A stretch of DNA of 64,000 nt, taken from the NCBI GenBank assembly GCA_002633005.1, contig NMRA01000625.1, positions 62,001 through 126,000 on the forward strand, written 5' to 3'. The translations under genes and the position numbers were made by a program. Origin of the DNA: Phoronis australis. Taxonomy: Eukaryota; Animalia; Phoronida. Below, one piece after another: positions 13,101 to 24,810 of this stretch (position 1 is its first letter; each line of letters begins with the position of its first letter). The notes beneath the pieces are model-generated. The model was not told where the DNA came from and did not search any database. It saw only the letters and a program-made list of their open reading frames with translations.

Positions 13101-16100
13101 AAATTCCATCAATTTCAGTGCCGTCTACCGTAGATTTGCAATTGTTCCACGTCTTCCATGAACGGACGATCATTCCAGGTAACCACACCTGCGTGATGTC
13201 GTAGTGGCCTCCCAACGCCGCATGAGGGTCGGCGTTGTCTTTTGGGTCTATATACACTCGAATTCCGTTGCGTACGCATTTTATGTCCTAAAAACGTTTA
13301 ACAAACCGGTGCTAATTCTACCCTTAAACACGCTTACCATGGTACACAACCTTATCATAAGCGAAACACATATCATTCTCCACTAAGAACTTATCCGCAC
13401 AGAACGAACTCTAACTACGCTCAACGGACCCTCAGCAAGCACAATGCTTCGTTCAACATGCATTGAAATCATGCGTGGTGAAGTTTCCTCTGTGTGCGGT
13501 AAATGGTAACTGTTGGGTTAAGAAAGTGTGGTTCTGATTCCCGGAGATGGTGAGTTTTTTGTTCCATGACAAATGGTTTGTACCCGTAGTGAAAATTCAG
13601 GTACCACCCTTGACTACAGGTAAAAAGTTCTAAACTTGATTCATTCTTCCTATGTCTTATCACAATGACGCTTTTTGAGACGGTAAATTCAGATTCAGAG
13701 CAATAATTGCGAGATCACTGTAAAATCTGCCCCAATGACGAAACCAATTTTCTCTATTTTTCTGTTTCTGAGCAATCGTACAATTGTTTGTGTTAAGGAA
13801 GATGATAGAATTAACTGTTACTCTTTCCATTTTTATGATATAACCGTTCATGATTTTAAGGGGTCCCTTTTTAGACGTGGACCTATCTTAGACGAGAGGC
13901 CCGGGCAATTTCCCCTTTGCACCCCATTTGGTTCTGTCATCTATTTACCTGAGAAAGTAGATAAAATTATAAATTGGACGAAACAACACAGACCATGTTC
14001 GTGTAAAGCAAAGTAGTATCGCTGTGCAGCGCAAACAAGGAAACGTGAGATTAAGGGAAAAACTATAGCACTGACCGCTACCGAACTTGAAGACTACTAA
14101 TATTTTCAAGGGTTTAGAAACGATAAAAATAGTTATACTTTTTCCTGAAGATTATTATTAAGTGAGCATTGTTGATGAAAAGGGAATTGTCGGTGGTATG
14201 ATGTTTTAATGACAGTGTATAGTGTAAATGTCTAACGGGCTAAATTGCTCAAATTACTCGTACTGACAATTGAACACATGACATGACTGATTTTCCTGTT
14301 CAATCGCCAATTTTTGTCGCCCTGTCTCTCTGTCGTCTGGGTCATATGGTACAACATTTGACCCAACAACATCACGACAACGAAATAAACAATCTGCAAG
14401 ATAAAAATATGATATGTCCTATTCTAGCTCCTTTATGTGGTACTTAGGTCATCTCTCTAAGATGTTCAGTAAAATTCGCGCTTTGTTTGAACAATGGAAA
14501 CAAGTGAGCCACACGGTAGGAGAACAACAGGAATGTCAAAGGCCAGTGTCAGACCGAAAGAGTGATCCACCGTATAAAAATTACAATCACCTATATTTAT
14601 ATGATGACAAAGTTTTAATGAAACCAGCATCTTGACAACTCATAGTTGGAGATTCAAATTTGCCTATCAATTCTTCAAGAATTTTTAATTTAAATGCATC
14701 CTGTTTTGATAACAAACGCAGGTGTTATCAACTAGCTTCGGCACAGGTGTCGTCATTTGCGCGACCATTTGGAAATAATAAACCGGATTTGTAAATGAAA
14801 TGACAGCTTGCGAGACGAATTCAATTGTTATGGGTCATGAGATCCGATAGACCACGGTAGAGTTCAGTAGCTATCTGGCGGCTAGAAAATCTAACTAAAA
14901 TCACGTGTCATCATTCAATACACGGCAATACCTCGGGCCTTGCTTTTCTAGCAAGGTCCTAGAGGGATTACACTCTGCCCAGATTACAACTAAACAGATC
15001 GCGTGCCTATGCAACTTTTTAAGTATTATTTCCGACAACGAGGTTTTTGTTTCCATGTTCAGGGATCTTGTGTTTCGTCAAAAGCGATTGGCACTTCTCA
15101 TAACTACTGGTGAAAAAAATTCAATCTCATTTGGCAAATATACAAAGTCTCTGAGAATGTACCCATTAGTTCTAGTTTTTGAGATAATTTTGTAGAAATT
15201 ATTTTTAGGTTGTGAACTTGTGATAAGCTGATAAGTACTATGCTAATTATTTATTTTTCAGTAATTATGAATTGATAGCACGAGACTTAGGTCCCTGACC
15301 AAACAACTACATAAAGCTTTAACTATGCTGGTATTATTTTCTGTCTTTGGATGAACAATGTTGATAATGACTGTTAACACGGAATACGACTGAGTATGAC
15401 AGAGACACAGTGGATCGCCATATTGCATGGATACGTGGTCTCCTGTGCCCGGGTGTAAGAAACAGTGCCAAATAGGGATTCAACTAAGTTCCCTAAATCT
15501 ACTACGTATTTTTGCATTTGTGAAAACATCGATTGCCTCTTTCTTGTATTGTATTGTTTTAGTTTCATTTTAAGTCAAATTTTGACTTTGATACGAATCG
15601 AGAGTGAACTATACGTTGAATTGTCAATATTATCGAAAATTATTAGGGATCTTTTCATGCAACACCCCCAAATTAAGGACTGAGTCCCTATTCATTTTCA
15701 ATGAACTCTGGGTTGAATGTTTAGTTGTATTGTTAGAAAATGTCACTAATAAAAGAGGAGCTCATAATAAAGATGAAATGATAAAAATATTACAACCGTG
15801 AGTCTATAAAGACAGAAATACGCAAAAAGACTTATGGACCTTAGTTGAGTCCCTACTTGGGACTGTTTCATACAACCGACCACTGGCATGAAAATTTTCT
15901 GTCCCTGTGCAAAGAACCAGCAATGTTGGTTCCTAGCCTGGCGTGAGAAATTTGTGGTCCAGAGGTGTTCAGTTTTTCTCCTGACGTGATAAATTATAAG
16001 ACCTGTCGTGATAAATTCTGGTTTCGTGTTTTTTGTTGATAAATTCTAGTTTTGGGTTGCTTTTGACAGTGAGAAGATATTTTTTAATATAAAATATGTG

Positions 16101-17416
16101 TCTTGGAATTTTGTGCACTTTCGCAATAGGCATCTGAGTGGAACAGAACATAATTTTGGTTCATATAATGCTAAGGCAGCACATGTACAATCTACACATT
16201 CAGATGGAATTATACTCATTCATCAGATATGCCCCGAACATAAAGTTCAAGGTCTGTAGCTGCTAGTTTCAGAACGTTTTGTTTCATAGTTTGCTAGCCT
16301 TGAAGCACACAGATTTGAAGCCATGGCCGAAAGCGTTCGAGTGAGTAATAGCAAGTTCATTTTCAGATCTGACATTATAACACATGCGCGCACCCAGCCT
16401 TCCATGTGGGGTGGTCGAATTCCCGACGTTGTGGACCATTTGCTAACAAAAAGAGCGGGCTGACTAAAAAAAAAAACGGGAGCACATCTGTGAATTGCGC
16501 GTTTCCGCTTATTTAGTGGACTTTTGTCCTATTTTCCCGAACTCTTGGTCTCTCGGGGGCGGACCTTTTTGCCCACTGAGCCCCCCGAGCCCCTCCCCCT
16601 GGGTGCGGGGCGGATGTAACATGAGAGTTTAAAGTGGAATTAAGGAATACGAGTTCTCGAATGTAACAAAAAAGAACCCGACTGCTATTTTCTGCAAAAA
16701 TACGTTACGTTTTGCGAGTGAATTTGGAGAAGAAACAAAACTAAATGAGTAATCGAAAATTCCAAACAGCGTTTTTGAGGTATATTTCGAAGTTTTCGTA
16801 TAAAAAGTGTTTCATTAAAATCTTCCAAGAAGTTATTTTGCAATGGATGTAGCTTTCTTAAAATGGAATTTTTACGTAAAAAGATGGAAACGTAATAATA
16901 ATAATAATACTGATAATGATAATAGTAAAAACATTGATATAAAACATATTTTCATAATCTCTTCTTTCTTTCAGAAAATTTATACTTTTACTTGTTGACG
17001 TAGCTTGGTTGTTGCGATATATGTCTTACAGTGAAGATCACTAAATAAGGTTGGAGATAACCTTAAGTGAAGGAATGATCGCAGATGTCACCTTTAACGG
17101 TATTGATAGAAAACAGTGTAAATCACCTGTTCCACTTTTAAGTGGCCACTTATATAACTTATTTTTGTTGATTGATCAAAAGGTGCAACGCCAAATTTTA
17201 CAGCAATAAAACAGCCATTACCGTGATCATGTCATGTCTTTGTACGTTGTCGTCAAGATCAATCAATCCGGCCACTTTACCGGACTTCTTCAAGTAAAAT
17301 TCTTCTCCGCTCTTCTCATGCTTCACAGAATTTTCGTGGTTGAAGTACAGATTGTCATCCGAGACTGCGACAGTTAACGCCACTACCCAACTCAACAGAA
17401 GAAGGCGCAGCACCAT
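1064..17416 (-). CDS. Gene A: uncharacterised secreted beta-rich protein (>500 aa), multi-exon
   Basis: Exons 17222-17416, 13037-13287, 11881-12261, 11423-11468, 10749-11007, 2776-2906, 2418-2521 and 1689-1826 join through GT-AG junctions with matching phases (0,2,2,0,1,0,2,2) into one open frame. N-terminus MVLRLLLLSWVVALTVAVS looks like a signal peptide; RHRVRR/S is a furin-type site. The 3' end is either exon 1064-1154 or exon 451-657. Confidence 0.8.
1689..1826 (-). CDS. Gene A exon 8
   Basis: tttcag acceptor, GTAAGA donor; only the phase-2 frame is open: LSQTVDFSTYIYGYGAVCTRP...KIF. Confidence 0.75.
2418..2521 (-). CDS. Gene A exon 7
   Basis: tttcaacag acceptor, GTAAGT donor; LDLDFTISWADQ...MKYKVG. 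Confidence 0.75.
2776..2906 (-). CDS. Gene A exon 6
   Basis: tttcag acceptor, GTATGG donor; FTRQSNGSLT...ANFETK; phase 1 matches exon 5 across the LINE-filled intron. Confidence 0.75.
2963..9793 (+). mobile_element. 5'-truncated, degenerate I-group (Ingi-like) non-LTR retrotransposon, interrupted at 4745-8475
   Basis: End of APE endonuclease (GGSDHLP), RT (KAPGKDGI, QSGFR, KAFDKV, GVPQGS, HADDL), RNase H (TDCRS, SHCGISGNEEAD), C-terminal RLRTGH...CPCG...LLQSCP, (GAA)n tail at 9780-9793. Candidate TSD ATCCAG at 2957-2962 and 9794-9799. Multiple frameshifts and stops. Confidence 0.92.
4745..8475 (-). mobile_element. CR1/L2-group (Crack/Daphne-like) non-LTR retrotransposon nested in the Ingi-like element
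   Basis: APE (GHLNIVSL, LNET, GGGVAIY, YRPP, GDFN, SDH) and RT (DLKKAFDTVDH, GVPQGSILGP, YADDT, YLG); 3' UTR stem-loop at 4783-4830; (TAAA)n tail; candidate TSD GTCTA at 4740-4744 and 8476-8480; about 4 frameshifts. Confidence 0.92.
10144..10470. repeat. Degenerate local direct duplication (~120-150 bp)
   Basis: cttgtaata-aagctac...agtaagag-aaga-ggttgtcca...gagatcaa...acatcaatga...cacgcttatt occurs at ~10144-10290 and ~10357-10470. Confidence 0.6.
10749..11007 (-). CDS. Gene A exon 5
   Basis: ttttag acceptor, GTAAGT donor; INGVIKLKRKF...EEGILNM. Confidence 0.8.
11423..11468 (-). CDS. Gene A exon 4
   Basis: ttgcag acceptor, GTAAGG donor; KLVIKKREIIDFEVK; bridges phase 2 to phase 0. Confidence 0.75.
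11881..12261 (-). CDS. Gene A exon 3 (furin site, CxxC)
   Basis: ctttag acceptor, GTGAGT donor; FADNFEELEY...RHRVRRSV...DLYCKECYATLEGDTS. Confidence 0.85.
13037..13287 (-). CDS. Gene A exon 2
   Basis: tttttag acceptor, GTAAGT donor; DIKCVRNGIRVYIDP...WLPGMIVRSWKTWNNC...FTVPAG. Confidence 0.85.
15454..15874. mobile_element. MITE-like element with ~45 bp imperfect terminal inverted repeats
   Basis: tgtaagaaacagtgccaaatagggattcaactaagttccctaaatct (15454-) is the approximate reverse complement of agacttatggaccttagttgagtccctacttgggactgtttcataca (-15874). Confidence 0.6.
17222..17416 (-). CDS. Gene A exon 1 (signal peptide)
   Basis: ATG at 17416; MVLRLLLLSWVVALTVAVSDDNLYF...HDMIT; donor GTAATG, phase 0. 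Confidence 0.8.
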
Positions 17417-17531
17417 TCTTGCTATGCGTTCTCGTTGGCAACAAATAACCAAAATGGTGATCCTACGTAGTGAAGCGAGTCTGGTATGCGCTGTTAAACA
17501 TCTTGGTCGACCAACCGTAGACATCTTAATA

Positions 17532-17750
17532 CTGAAATAATTTCCACCCCGGACAGTGAGAATAGTTTCTACCTAGTTTGAAATAATTTTCCACGTGGGT
17601 GAAAATAATTTACATCCGGGTCAAAATAATTTCCACCTTGCTTGAAATAATTTCCACCAAGGTGAAAATAGTCTCCATCGAGGTTGAACTAATTTCCACC
17701 TGGGTGAAAATAATTTCTACCTAAGTTCAATTATTTCCACCTAGGTGGAA
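17532..17750. repeat. ~22 bp degenerate minisatellite (tgaaaataatttccacctaggt), ~10 copies, just upstream of gene A exon 1
   Basis: Directly visible tandem units. Confidence 0.85.
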
Positions 17751-17931
17751 AAGGAAAAATTAAAAAATAATTAAACTAAAATAGCGATGATAGTTTCAGG
17801 CCACCGTAGTAGTGACATAGTTTTCGAACTGCTTCAGTTATGCAACTTTTGTCTGAATCAGGGAGTGCATAATTCAATTGCACATATAGTAAACATCTGG
17901 GGTGTCAAATTTCTCCAGTGGTCTATTTTTT

Positions 17932-18470
17932 CATGACGGCGTTTTACCGTTCAGTGACTTTCCCGGACGTAGAGGGTTGTGAGCCTATGATAACATCTAG
18001 CTTCTTTGTTAACTGCCAAGCACAGTCTTTTGTCTGGTATCAAAGATACTATATCCCAAAATCTTTGCTGGTTTGACACCAGGCATGCCAATTATCTACC
18101 AGGCTTCGTGTGAAAGATTCGATTGTCGTAACTTCGGTTGCAGTTGGGCGATTTTGGCGATTCAAAAACTAAACACGATCAGCATTTGACGAGGAAGTCA
18201 GAAATGTTATTGATTTATGTTTAAATATGTTATAACTTAACTTTTATTTTTAACAGTACAACCCAGTCAAGCTAGATACGATCTTATTGGAGATTAGAGC
18301 AATTATCGAACAAAAGAGAGATGGCCCTCCAACCCTTAATGCCAGAATGAAGTTAATCAGTCGTGTAAGATATTGGCTACAGGGGTCATCTTCCCAACTT
18401 CGTGTTGGGCTAAAGAATGGAACAAGTTGGCGGAGCAACGAGAAAACACGGTAATGTTCATTCTAATTTG
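17932..18470 (+). repeat. Dispersed repeat, copy 1 (inverted relative to 25500-26046)
   Basis: For example tcgtgtaagatattggctacaggggtcatcttcccaactt versus aagttgggaagatgacccttgtagccaatatcttacacga. Confidence 0.85.
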
Positions 18471-19513
18471 CTGGAACGCAAACTGTACTTTAGACGAAGA
18501 CAAAAACAATTCAACTTAGTCGCGTCAGTGGATCGCACGAATTTAAAATTCAACAGTGGACAACCATAACCAATTAATTTGTACCTCTGAGACGCACATT
18601 AATTGCCTCCCGTTGAAGGATCCGGTTCAAAACCTGAAGCGCTGACGTCAGCTAAGACTGATCGTACCCGACCGTAGTGAGACGCTGAAAACTCGGGTCT
18701 CTCGAACGTCTTAGAGAAAACGTGGCTGTCACTTTTTCAACTAAGTCACATAAAGAGTAATCATGAAATCACCTAAGTGGGTACGGCTGAATGTATTTTG
18801 TGCAAAGACTACAGCTTGAGCACTTCAACCCCACCCCAAGATAATGTACGTTCTGTAGACTATCTAAATAATGCAGGACATGCACTCTTTCAGTTTGTGG
18901 TAAAGGCGGCAAGCTTAGGCGACCGTCTTCGAATCGAATCACAAGTTACTGAATTCTAAAGGCCCCTCCCCATATAGATCTAGTTAAAGTGCTTAAAGTT
19001 AATAATTTCATATTAAAACACCAAAAAGAAAACCACCCCAACGTTCGACCAGCTGTCAAGTTAGAACACCTGCAAACAAATATTGCGGCTCGTTTTCCCG
19101 TGGTTTATATCATAAGGAATGCCGAGGCGTTGCATTTGTAGTAGTTGTGGCAACTTAGTGTTTGACAACAATGCAACTCGTTTTACTTTTCCGCGCGACC
19201 GACATCGGACATGCACGGATATGGCACAACAGTTTGCATAAGAAACTCGCGTGTTGGTGTATATGACACATTGACGCTAGGTACGCTCATACGTCAGACT
19301 CAAGTCCGTGGAGCTAAGAAATTCACACTTGAATCGATTTTCTTCAATTTTCTCGTTTTTGAGGTATTGAATTCACGGTTGATATCCAGTGCTATAAAGG
19401 ATGGTTTAATGATGCTGATGTGACGGGAGCGCCGTCTATTGATGGAGCCGTCACGGTGAGTGAGGACGAGTCGTCAGTTTAGTTTCAGAAGCTAGAGTGT
19501 TATTATATTTTAA

Positions 19514-21100
19514 AGGGGTGTAAGATGGTCAATTCCTTATATGGAACTTCCGATGACGAAATTTTTAGTTCTATTCTGATTGGTTTTCACATTTATCTTG
19601 AGACCCCTAGTTTAGCGTAATTTGGAACGTTCGCGGTGCGAATGAAGCCTACAAAAATGGGCCCCTCACGCTAAAACTTCGGATTTTGCCGGGTCTGGAC
19701 TCTATCTGCAAGGAATCCCAACCAAACAACCTAACTGTTTGGGCCTTTTAAATTTGGACTTTGACGTTTTTAGCGAATTTTTCTTGTTTATAAATTCTTT
19801 GTGTTAAAAGTTAAAGCTGCGATTTCGACGGAAGTTAGCGATGAGTAGTAAGTTTGTAGATTGGTGTTTCATATATATTGCATAATAAAATTCAGTATAT
19901 TTATCTACTTCTCTCTTGTTTCACTCTTTATAAGTTGTCACCATGGTTCTCTCGTATGCGATTCGAACGAGTGAAAAAGTCACACAAGGCTGCAAATATT
20001 TTTATCGGCTACGAACAGTCGACATTTTAGAAACTAGGTAGATCGGTGCTGGTCGCTCCACCGATTCCCGTTACACTGACAACGAAGTCAATTGTCAAAA
20101 CAAAGCAAGTAGTGGTTTCAAGCATGTACTGCTGTGAAGCAATTCGTACGCTCACACCATTTGCATGCAAGTGGACGAAAATGCGTGCATCCTTCACCCC
20201 ACAATCTCCAGCGAATTTCTCGGCACACCAAAGACTTCACGGCGCCATCACATATGGAAGTGAACTCGCTATGGGCTTAGCCGAATGTGTATTGGACGAG
20301 ATAATTGTGGTCGTAACCGACGCGCCTGTTTGGTCACGCGCGTTAACTTTTATGAAAGGACTGTCTGACTTAAGGGCGCTTATAGCGATGGGGTGACAGA
20401 AGACCATGCATATGTCAGCGTACGAGTTACTTCATGAAGAGTTCAAAGCACCCAACGTCAGTTATGCGAGTACACAAACCTGCACTTGCGAGTGTGTAGT
20501 CCAAAGATAAAAGCGGACAGTTTCAAAATTTTGAGTTTTAATTACCAGCCTACGGGTTTGAACATTTAGATCGTTTTTCGAGCATTCTAACAAAAACTTC
20601 GGCGACTTTTAATAAAACTGTGTGTACTCGTAGACTTACCCGTGTTGTCTGATTAAGTAAAACACGTATAGTTTCGTAATGGAATGTACACAGAATGGGA
20701 AGACGTCTGATTCTCCTTTCTGCCGGCTGATACACCTATCATGCTAAAACTCCCTATTAACTACGTTTATACGTATATAATTTTCAAGTGATCAAAAATT
20801 CTGTTACGAAAATACATAATATGCTTTTAAGTTACACTAGGCAGTTGGCTATAGATATTTTGCCTTCTCGAATGTGTGAAATACATCCATTCTTTGACAA
20901 GAAGCTTACTGAAAGGACGAAGGTCGCTAAATGCATGCCAGAGAACAAGCCGCGCAGGGTATTCTACAACAGACACTGCAAAGCTTGAAGCAGGAAAGTT
21001 TACTGTGCATATATGCTGTTTCGTCAAGGCATTTGAAGCGTCGAGGTTTCACTGACGTCTACTTGCGAAAGGTAGCTTATACACAGAATGCGCATGCGTG
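19514..21100. mobile_element. Possible highly decayed Kolobok(P)-type DNA transposon relic
   Basis: TTAA|AGG start; frameshifted plus-strand traces resembling a P2X7 C-terminal-like Cys domain; minus-strand traces resembling the Kolobok transposase C-terminal region. Confidence 0.3.
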
Positions 21101-21149
21101 TGGTGTTGAAGCGCGTTTTAAAATTCGCGGTCACATATTTAGTTGCAAA

Positions 21150-21400
21150 ACAGGTGTGGAGCAAGGATGAATTCTAAGCCCATTACATGTATTTCTGAGT
21201 GGTATAGTATCTGATGTAGGCTAAGAGAGCGTGTTGGGTGGCAGAGGAATCTATGTTAATGCCGAGATTAATTGTTTAGTTTTTGCCGATGATCTCGTCC
21301 GTATTGATTGGAGACTGTACTAATTTCAAAACTGGCACCTTACAGCGAATCAAGAAAAACTTATGCCATTGCTTACAAGCGTGGTGGTGCCGTCTGTTCA
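21150..21400 (+). pseudogene. LINE reverse transcriptase fragment
   Basis: GVEQG*ILSP ... INCLVFADDLV motifs. Confidence 0.65.
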
Positions 21401-21769
21401 CACGAAAAGTGATGTGTCAGAATGCTACCATATCAACTCACTGATGTATGATGACAAAATTACACAATTCCTAACAAAATTTGTCTGGAGAACAGTGTAA
21501 GCATAGTATATGAAAGTTTCATAAGAATCCGATCATCTGTTTCCGAGATATGATATTTCAAAGCTGTTGTTTGCTTACTTTCTCGAGGGCGTTTTGAGCT
21601 TGGGTATTCAATAGCTGATTCTCGAATGCCCGTGCCTTGTTCTTTTTCCGCTCTTCCTACATAAAACAAACGATCGTAATATCGGTCCTTACTTGTTGGC
21701 GCATGTTAGTATAAAACTGAGGTGTGCGTAACTGTGAAAAATAACGATAAAACAAAGTGCTGGTTGGTG

Positions 21770-21975
21770 CCAAGAAGGTACGTAGGAATTGTGGAAGGGA
21801 GTATAGCAACCAGGTCATGTACGGTCCTGTACAGAAGGGATAGTTTGTTCTGAGCTCGTCTTTCCTGGAGGGTGGGCCAATTGAGAGTTTTGAGCATGGA
21901 TGAAACGGAGGAGTACCTTGAGTGGTCATTCAAAACGAACCTGGCTGATCTACGTTGTATTTTTTCTACATGCTA
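21770..21975 (-). pseudogene. CR1/L2-group LINE C-terminal fragment
   Basis: EKIQRRSARFVLNDHSRYSSVSSMLKTLNWPTLQERRAQNKLSLLYRTVHDLV. Confidence 0.8.
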
Positions 21976-22899
21976 TAAACAGTCCTACTAAATAAGATTG
22001 GTCCTAACCCAGCGTGTCAAAGTAAACGGTGGGGTTTTGAAAATTGAACTAGACCGTATTTATCCACCTTGGCTGAGTCGCGCTCGGCTCACGATCAAAG
22101 GGATGCCGCCAAGCTTCTCTATTAATCGAGTCACGAGCGAGGATAATTGGCTTCGCTCAGGCGGATGATCAGCTGATTACAATCTAGCTAGCAGACTGTA
22201 CTTTTTATGGAGAGAGTTTTAAATAGTTTTTACTGTAATATTTGAAAAGAGGAGCGAAAACTTTGCAAATATGAGTACAACTTTGAATTTTTTAAAACGG
22301 CCCAGGATAAGAGATTTTGCAACACAGCAACACTCACGATTACTTTCATTCGGCGCGCACGAATACAAAAATATAGGACCCAAGTTATTTATATATTGGA
22401 ACACATGCATTGCAATATTCAAAATACGTTTATTATGAATCTTACAAGCGTAAAACGACGTCGTTTAATTTCATTGTGCTCATTCATTGTCAACCGTCAA
22501 ATCGGCAATTTCCGAGATGTGATCTGCGGCGTGCGCGTATGTGTACAAAACACGTGATTGTTATGTTCCTGAAGTACGAAAATTAAGAAACTTTAGCATG
22601 CCGTTATTATTGACAGGGACACGATAAAACGAATTTGGATTTTGACTATAGTCTTGATACAACGAGCTGGCTGACCACTGCGTCAGTGTCTCCGTTAGAC
22701 CCAGAAATTTCACACAGCCCGCGTAGTAGTTCACCTCGTCCCCAACATGTAGATCGAGCCTCAGTGGACTATTATACTCCACGGTAGAGCTAACAACCGT
22801 CGGCCTGTGCACACAAAATCTGTGAGTTAACCAGCATTCACCTTGCACGTTGCAGCCGTTTAAATGAAAAACAATCTAGTAAACACCATTTTCTTGCAT

Positions 22900-23420
22900 A
22901 ATCCTCCGCCTTTTGTAACAAAAAAGTCTGTCGTCGATGACCCGCACACGCACGCACGCTCACTCACTCTCATACGCAGACGAACTTCAAAACAAACGTC
23001 ACGTGACAACAACATGTGTGTTCATCCAGAGATTTTTCTCGTGTTGTGGGGTACGATGTAGCGCAGATTTGGACTTAATCGCAATTAATCTGGACTCCAC
23101 ATGAACTTTAAAAATTGTAAAACAAAATAAGGAAGATTTCAGGTAATTTGTTGAGTCGAAACTATATACGGAGGAGTATTCTAGTTTTGGTCTAACAAGT
23201 GAAGTGCACAGGCGTCCTCAGCTTCTGATCGTCCCCAGCCCAATACACTACATATAATATAGTCCGATTACCTCTCGTCGTCAGTCTCCAAAGGTCGTCC
23301 GCCATCTTGTTTCGCGTGCAGCGCTGCCACGCGGGACTTAGCGCTCCAATTTGGAACGCTCGTCTGCACGTTAGGTACTAACCTCTCGGGAGAAACACGC
23401 GTGGAAGAACTGAGACTAAA
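22900..23420. promoter_or_regulatory. CpG-rich candidate (bidirectional) promoter region between divergent genes A and B
   Basis: Elevated CpG; YY1-type AAGATGGCG on the minus strand at ~23300-23308 followed by a GTAATC donor at 23271; plus-strand donors at ~23143 (GTAATT) and ~23375 (GTACTA). Confidence 0.4.
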
Positions 23421-24649
23421 ATTAATGCATTTACCGACTGTTTTTTTGAGACCACTTAAAAACTTGTTGATTTTACTAATGCACTTTTTTGTTCATTTTC
23501 AGAAGATATTTTCGAAATTAAATTTTCTTCAGACGGAACAAAAAGCAACCCAGGGATTGTTTATGCAATGTATCTATTTGTCCCAGGCACTAACCGACAT
23601 CTGTTAGGCCAAAGGAAAAACGCAGCAGACAAATGGAACACGCTGGGTGCTTAACAGTTTCGGCCCACGCCTTGGTCATCAAAATATTGTTCACTTGTTT
23701 TTTTATTGCAAAACACAGTACTGAACTCAACATTTATGTTGAAAATTTTGGTTAAAGCATTTTGAATTTATTTGAAGAAAATTAAAATACTTGAATTGAT
23801 AGAGAATGGCCACCAATAAAGTAAAACATTGACTTTATTTCACTATATTGCATTTGTTACATACAACACAGCATGACATAATCAAAAATAAAAGAAGAGA
23901 TTGAGCAATAAAATTCAAATGCAACTTGGGTATTTATTTATTTATTTATGAATGCAGAAGCCTGTTAAAGATGAGAAAAAATCAAACAATACAATTATGG
24001 GTAATTTATTAGAACAATTGTATCGAGGTTCAATGATCAACTTCCGCCTACCAAGTCTCAAAGGCTTACAGTTCTGTTTTGGCTGACAAGGTGTTAACAG
24101 AGAATGAAGAGAAACTGAAAAGAAAAAGAAGGACAGCAGAGATAAGTGATGTTAAGAACAACAAGAGCAAAAAGTCAAATAAAGAGGTCACAAATACAAA
24201 ATAAGTAAGGTCTGCCTGGAATAAAACAATTGTGATTTATTTTCCAGAACTGAAATTCTAAATCAATTTTAATCGATTTAAAAATCGATATCATACCAGT
24301 AAAACAGTTTGTGGTTGAAGTAGAGTTGCTGTAAACCACTTTCCACTATTTTCTTGGCCTTTTTCTGTGTGGTTTTCTGTCCTTTCAAAAGGCGGCAGCA
24401 CATGACGACCATAGGTGTCATTATAAAATGGCTGCCGAAAAGCAATGCACAGTTGAACAACTCGGCTTAAGTAAAAGAAAACGTTTGAATCAACGAATAC
24501 TATATATTTGTGAGAGTTAAATCAAGTCCTATTCAGATCATAACTTTGAAGTGGAATAATTGGGTGAGTAAGACAACAAGCCGGTTTTATGCTTAGGCGG
24601 ACGACTATAGGGTTTCGGAGTGTACTATGTAGTGTATTGGGGACGATCA

Positions 24650-24810
24650 GAAGCTGAGGACGCCTGTGGTGAAGTGTAGGAAAGGGCTTTTGTTTTTTGA
24701 GGAGCATATTTGAGGTTTCGTTTAATGAGGCCAAGAGTTTTGTTTGCCTTTGAGGTGATGAATGTTCCACGATTGGTGAGAGTGACCCCGAGTATGGGGC
24801 ATTTGAGTGA
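24650..24810 (-). pseudogene. CR1/L2-group LINE fragment (region immediately N-terminal to 21770-21975)
   Basis: LGVTL...ITSKANKTLGLIKRNLKYAPQKTKALSYTS..RPQL, with frameshifts. Confidence 0.7.

Noticed and set aside
18640-18720. Hammerhead ribozyme (ctgaag + gctgacgtcagc hairpin)
   Set aside because: The CUGANGA and GAAA core elements are not both present
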